The position numbers and the translations under genes were made by a program. From Candidatus Methylomirabilis sp. (GTDB taxonomy: Bacteria > Methylomirabilota > Methylomirabilia > Methylomirabilales > CSP1-5): a stretch of DNA of 34,179 nucleotides. The stretch is taken from assembly GCA_035655535.1 (NCBI GenBank), contig DASRUH010000175.1:1-34179 (forward strand), read 5' to 3'. Positions 33,961 to 34,179 of this stretch are shown piece by piece. Within the stretch, counting starts at the first letter, position 1; every line of letters begins with the position of its first letter. The notes below the pieces were generated by a model. It made no database searches, was not told the origin of the DNA, and was given only the letters and a program-made list of their open reading frames with translations.

Positions 33961-34179
33961 CACCCCTGCCTCCCGGCGATTCCCCATGGCTTTCCCGAGC
34001 CGTCCGCTCCCTGATCCACCGCGAAGTCACTCATCCGGCGGCGAGGGGGAAGGTCGACCGCGGAGGCCGGCGCAACTCGCGCCCCGTCAGAAGAGCGCTC
34101 GACCGCGCGACACGTACGATCACCGCCCAGGTCCCTTGCGCCAAACAACCATGCGACCCCAACGTCAACCCCCATCACG

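Noticed and set aside
33704-34030. A 108-aa minus-strand ORF overlapping the rplO 5' region in another frame.
   Set aside because: It is an off-frame overlap with the clear L15 coding frame, and its composition is Gly/Ala/Arg-rich and low in complexity.

Overview
The window is GC-rich bacterial core genome. Every feature I can support lies on the minus strand: 34 protein genes and 4 tRNAs. In the direction of transcription (high to low coordinates) the order is as follows. First comes the tail of the spc/alpha ribosomal cluster: rplO, secY, adk, map, infA, rpmJ, rpsM, rpsK, rpsD, rpoA, rplQ. Next is an EF-G2-type paralog. Then rimP, nusA, a ylxR/ylxQ fusion, infB, DUF503, rbfA, nrnA, truB, ribF, rpsO, pnp and an M16 peptidase. 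Then purB, purC, purS, purQ, purL, followed by hom and thrC. Then tRNA-Gly, Cys, Leu and Val, and finally thrS, infC, rpmI, rplT. rpmJ is missing from the ORF track because it is under 60 aa; I recovered it by hand translation. Several track ORFs carry N-terminal over-extensions, which I trimmed using homolog-like N-termini and Shine-Dalgarno (SD) sites. All long plus-strand ORFs look like antisense artefacts of GC3-rich genes. I see no defence island, mobile element, CRISPR array or obviously novel multi-gene system. The least ordinary signal is a set of four intercistronic spacers built from tandem 7-nt repeats arranged as two near-complementary arms. Each fills the gap between one gene's stop codon and the next gene's SD. 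Secondary observations: a 43/44-nt-period hairpin repeat cluster between purC and purS; an AUC-start infC whose SD sits inside thrS; an EF-G paralog lacking the catalytic His; a single-ORF YlxR plus L7Ae-like fusion; an unassigned structured ~230 nt stretch downstream of rplT; and no recognisable L30 or S5 sequence upstream of rplO. The taxon cannot be determined from the sequence alone.
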